Source: Basidiobolus meristosporus CBS 931.73
Taxonomy: Eukaryota; Fungi; Basidiobolomycota
Direction of reading: 5' to 3'
Assembly: GCA_002104905.1 (NCBI GenBank)
Contig: MCFE01000817.1
Span: forward strand, 1 to 33,589
DNA length: 33,589 nucleotides
Below the pieces are notes generated by a model. That model was not told the origin of the DNA. It saw only the letters and a program-made list of their open reading frames with translations, and ran no database searches. A program made the translations under genes and the position numbers. This document shows, in pieces, positions 30,851 through 33,589 of the stretch; the first letter of the stretch is position 1; each line of letters opens with the position of its first letter.

Positions 30851-33589
30851 AAATCCAGGTCCCTGACTCCAGTCCTGTCCCAGCCCTAGCCCTGATTGAT
30901 TCCAGTGCTTCATCCTGTTTCATTGACCAAGCCTTTGTCCAGAAGCACTCTATTCCTGTTACCTTGAAATCCTGTCCAGTCCAAGTAGAAGTTATTGATG
31001 GAAGATCACTCTCCTCTGGTGCCGTTACCCATGAAACATGCTTACTCCAGCTGTCCAGTACTGCCCACCAAGAAAGAATTGCCTTCAACATCATCAACTC
31101 ACCACACTATCCTATTGTGCTTGGAAGCTCATGGCTGAGCTATCACAATCCAAGTATTGATTGGAAATCCAAGATCCTGTCATTCACCAGATCCCACCAA
31201 GTCAACTCCATGAAATCTCCAGACCCTGATAACCATGAAAAGACTGTTGCCAACAGTTCAACAGCCCAAGATACCTTGCCAGCTGAAGGAGCCCCCTCAG
31301 TAAACATACCAGCCAAGTACCAAGAGTTTGCCCATGTCTTTGACAAGAAGAAAGCAGAACTCCTCCCTGACCATCAGCCTTATGACTGCCCTATTGACCT
31401 TGAAGATGGAAAAGTCCCTCCATTTGGCCCAATATATAACCTCTCCCAGCCGGAGTTGAAAGAACTCCATGGTTATATTGAAGAAAACCTCCAGAAGGGT
31501 TTTATTCAGCACTCCAAATCACCTGCTGGAGCCCCAATCCTCTTTGTCAAGAAGAAGGATGGCACACTCAGAATGTGTGTGGACTACCGTGCTTTGAATA
31601 AGATCACAGTCAAGAACCGCTACCCCCTGCCCCTGATCAACACACTGTTGGATCAGCTATCTGCTGCCCAAGTCTTCACCAAGATTGACTTGAGAGGAGC
31701 TTACAATCTTGTCAGAATCAAGCCCGGTGATGAATGGAAAATGGCCTTTTGCACAAGATATGGCCACTTTGAATACAAAGTAATGCCATTTGGCCTCACC
31801 AATGCCCCTGCTGTGTTTCAACACCTCATGAATGACATATTCCGTGAATACCTTGACCATTTTGTGGTAATCTACCTTGATGATATTCTCATATACTCCA
31901 AGAGCCAAGATGAACATGATGAACATGTCAAGAAAGTATTGAGAAAACTAGACTCTGCCGGTCTCTATGCCAAGCTAGAGAAGTGTGAATTTGACCAGAG
32001 AGAAGTGGAATTTCTTGGTTATCTCATCAGCCCTGAGGGAACAAGAATGGACGCAAAGAAAGTTGACTCAGTCCAATCCTGGAAAACTCCAAGCTCAGTC
32101 AAGGAAGTACAATCCTTCCTGGGATTTGCCAACTTCTATTGCAGGTTCATAGCCAACTACTCCAAGATAGTCACCCCTCTGACAATGCTTACCCAGAAGA
32201 GCACACCTTTTGCCTGGAATGAGGAGCATTCCAGCTCATTCAACCAACTCAAGAAATCTTTCCTGAAGGCCCCCCTGCTTGCCCATCCTGACCTTGAGAA
32301 GCAATTCATAGTGGAGACTGATGCTTTGATTTTGCCCTTGGTGCCATACTCTCCCAGTATGATGAGGACAATGTGTTGCACCCCATTGCATTCTACTCTC
32401 GGAAGTTTTCCCCTGCAGAGATCAACTATGATATCTATGATAAGGAGTTGCTTGCCATCATTGTAGCCTTTGAGCAATGGAGACACTACCTGGACGGTGC
32501 AAAACACAAAATCAAAGTCTTCTGTGACCACAAGAACCTTGAGTACTTTGCAACTTCCAAAGTACTAAACCGGAGACAAGCCAGATGGTCACTCTTCCTG
32601 TCCAGCTTTGACTTTACTATTACCTATAGACCTGGTGCAAAGCAAGGAAAGCCTGATGCCCTGTCCAGAAAAAAGGAATATGCCCTGGAAGAGGGAGATG
32701 ATGCCTGTCGGCAAATGGAACACCCATTGCTGAGCAAGAAACATTTTGAGATTCTTGCCACCCAGTCCTCAAGTCTTGTCATCCCTTTGTTCCTAGTAAG
32801 GATATCAGAATCCCAAGCCTCTGATATGACTTCCAGCACCGTCAAGAAATATCTGGAATCCCCAGTTGGGCCCCCTCCCAAGTTCCCAAACATCCAGAAC
32901 CTGCATTTGGTAAACAACCTCATCTACCACAAGCAGCAGCTTTATGTCCCAGACCTTGCCACCCAGCTAGACATCATTAAGTCTTGGCATGATTCAATGG
33001 CTGCAGGCCACTTTGGTACTGCCAAAACCTTGAATGCTATCAAAAGAGATTTCTGGTGGCCTAGAATGATAACTCTTATCAACAAGTACATTCTGACTTG
33101 TGATATTTGCAACCGTGCAAAACCAGCCAGACACCAGCCCTATGGACTTCTTCAACCCCTGCCTATCCCAGAACACCAATGGAGATCTATATCTATGGAC
33201 TTCATTACTGACCTCCCTGAGTCATGTGGCTTCAACGCTATACTTGTAGTGGCTGACCGGCTGACCAAGATGGCTCACTTTATCCCTTGCTGTAAGAACA
33301 CTGATGCAAAAGAAACTGCTGCTTTAGTCCTGAAGAATATTTTCCGCCTTCATGGTATCCCCAGTGATATTGTGTCAGATAGAGGCCCACAGTTTGTGTC
33401 CAAGTTTTGGAAACACTTCATGCAATACCTTGGTGTTCAAGTCAAGCTCTCTACTGCCTTCCATCCACAGTCTGATGGCCAGACTGAAAGAATCAACCAG
33501 ATTCTAGAGCAATACCTCCGGTGCTATATCAATTACCAGCAAGACAATTGGGTTGATCTACTCCCTGTTGCTGAGTTTGCCTACAACAC
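30730..33589 (+). pseudogene. pol: Pol polyprotein (PR-RT-RH-IN), one frameshift in RNase H, incomplete at window end
   Basis: ALIDSSAS (DSG to DSS); FTKIDLRGAYNL, FGLTNAPAVFQ, YLDDILIYS; 1-bp loss near 32325 (ETDA[S]DFALGAIL); DHKNLEYF; integrase HHCC (H..AAGHFG..CDIC), SMDFITDLP, SDRGPQF, HPQSDGQTERIN; the downstream frame is open to the end. Confidence 0.95.

Larger units (their letters stand above)
28897..33589 (+). mobile_element. Young Ty3/Gypsy LTR retrotransposon (Tf1/sushi-like group), runs off the window
   Basis: 521-bp 5' LTR, gag with CCHC knuckle, -1 frameshift to pol with PR, RT, RNase H and integrase nearly intact. Confidence 0.97.

Noticed and set aside
30684-33179. Several minus-strand ORFs (e.g. 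30684-31097, 31657-31926, 32157-32531, 32624-32923)
   Set aside because: Antisense shadows of the open gag/pol frames, with no recognisable motifs.

Overview
Eukaryotic (probably fungal) transposon-rich DNA with strong CpG depletion; no intact host gene, rRNA, tRNA or CRISPR array was recognised. The window is a nest of LTR retrotransposons: an old Ty3/Gypsy family (LTR-A, ~368 bp, six copies or fragments), two Ty1/Copia families (LTR-B and LTR-C), and a young, nearly intact Ty3/Gypsy element (28897 to window end). The young element has a predicted Tf1-type self-priming site and a GGGAAAC -1 frameshift followed by a predicted pseudoknot. A 3.8-kb two-gene DNA transposon (18411-22253) has 16-bp TIRs, a DDE_Tnp_4-type transposase remnant and a divergent, CpG-rich 411-codon ORF of unrecognised family broken by three stop codons. 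Two unclassified repeat families (X and Y) each occur twice in opposite orientation. Surviving CpGs in the young Gypsy are almost all in CCG/CGG context. All alignments and counts were made by eye; boundaries described as approximate may be off by tens of bases.
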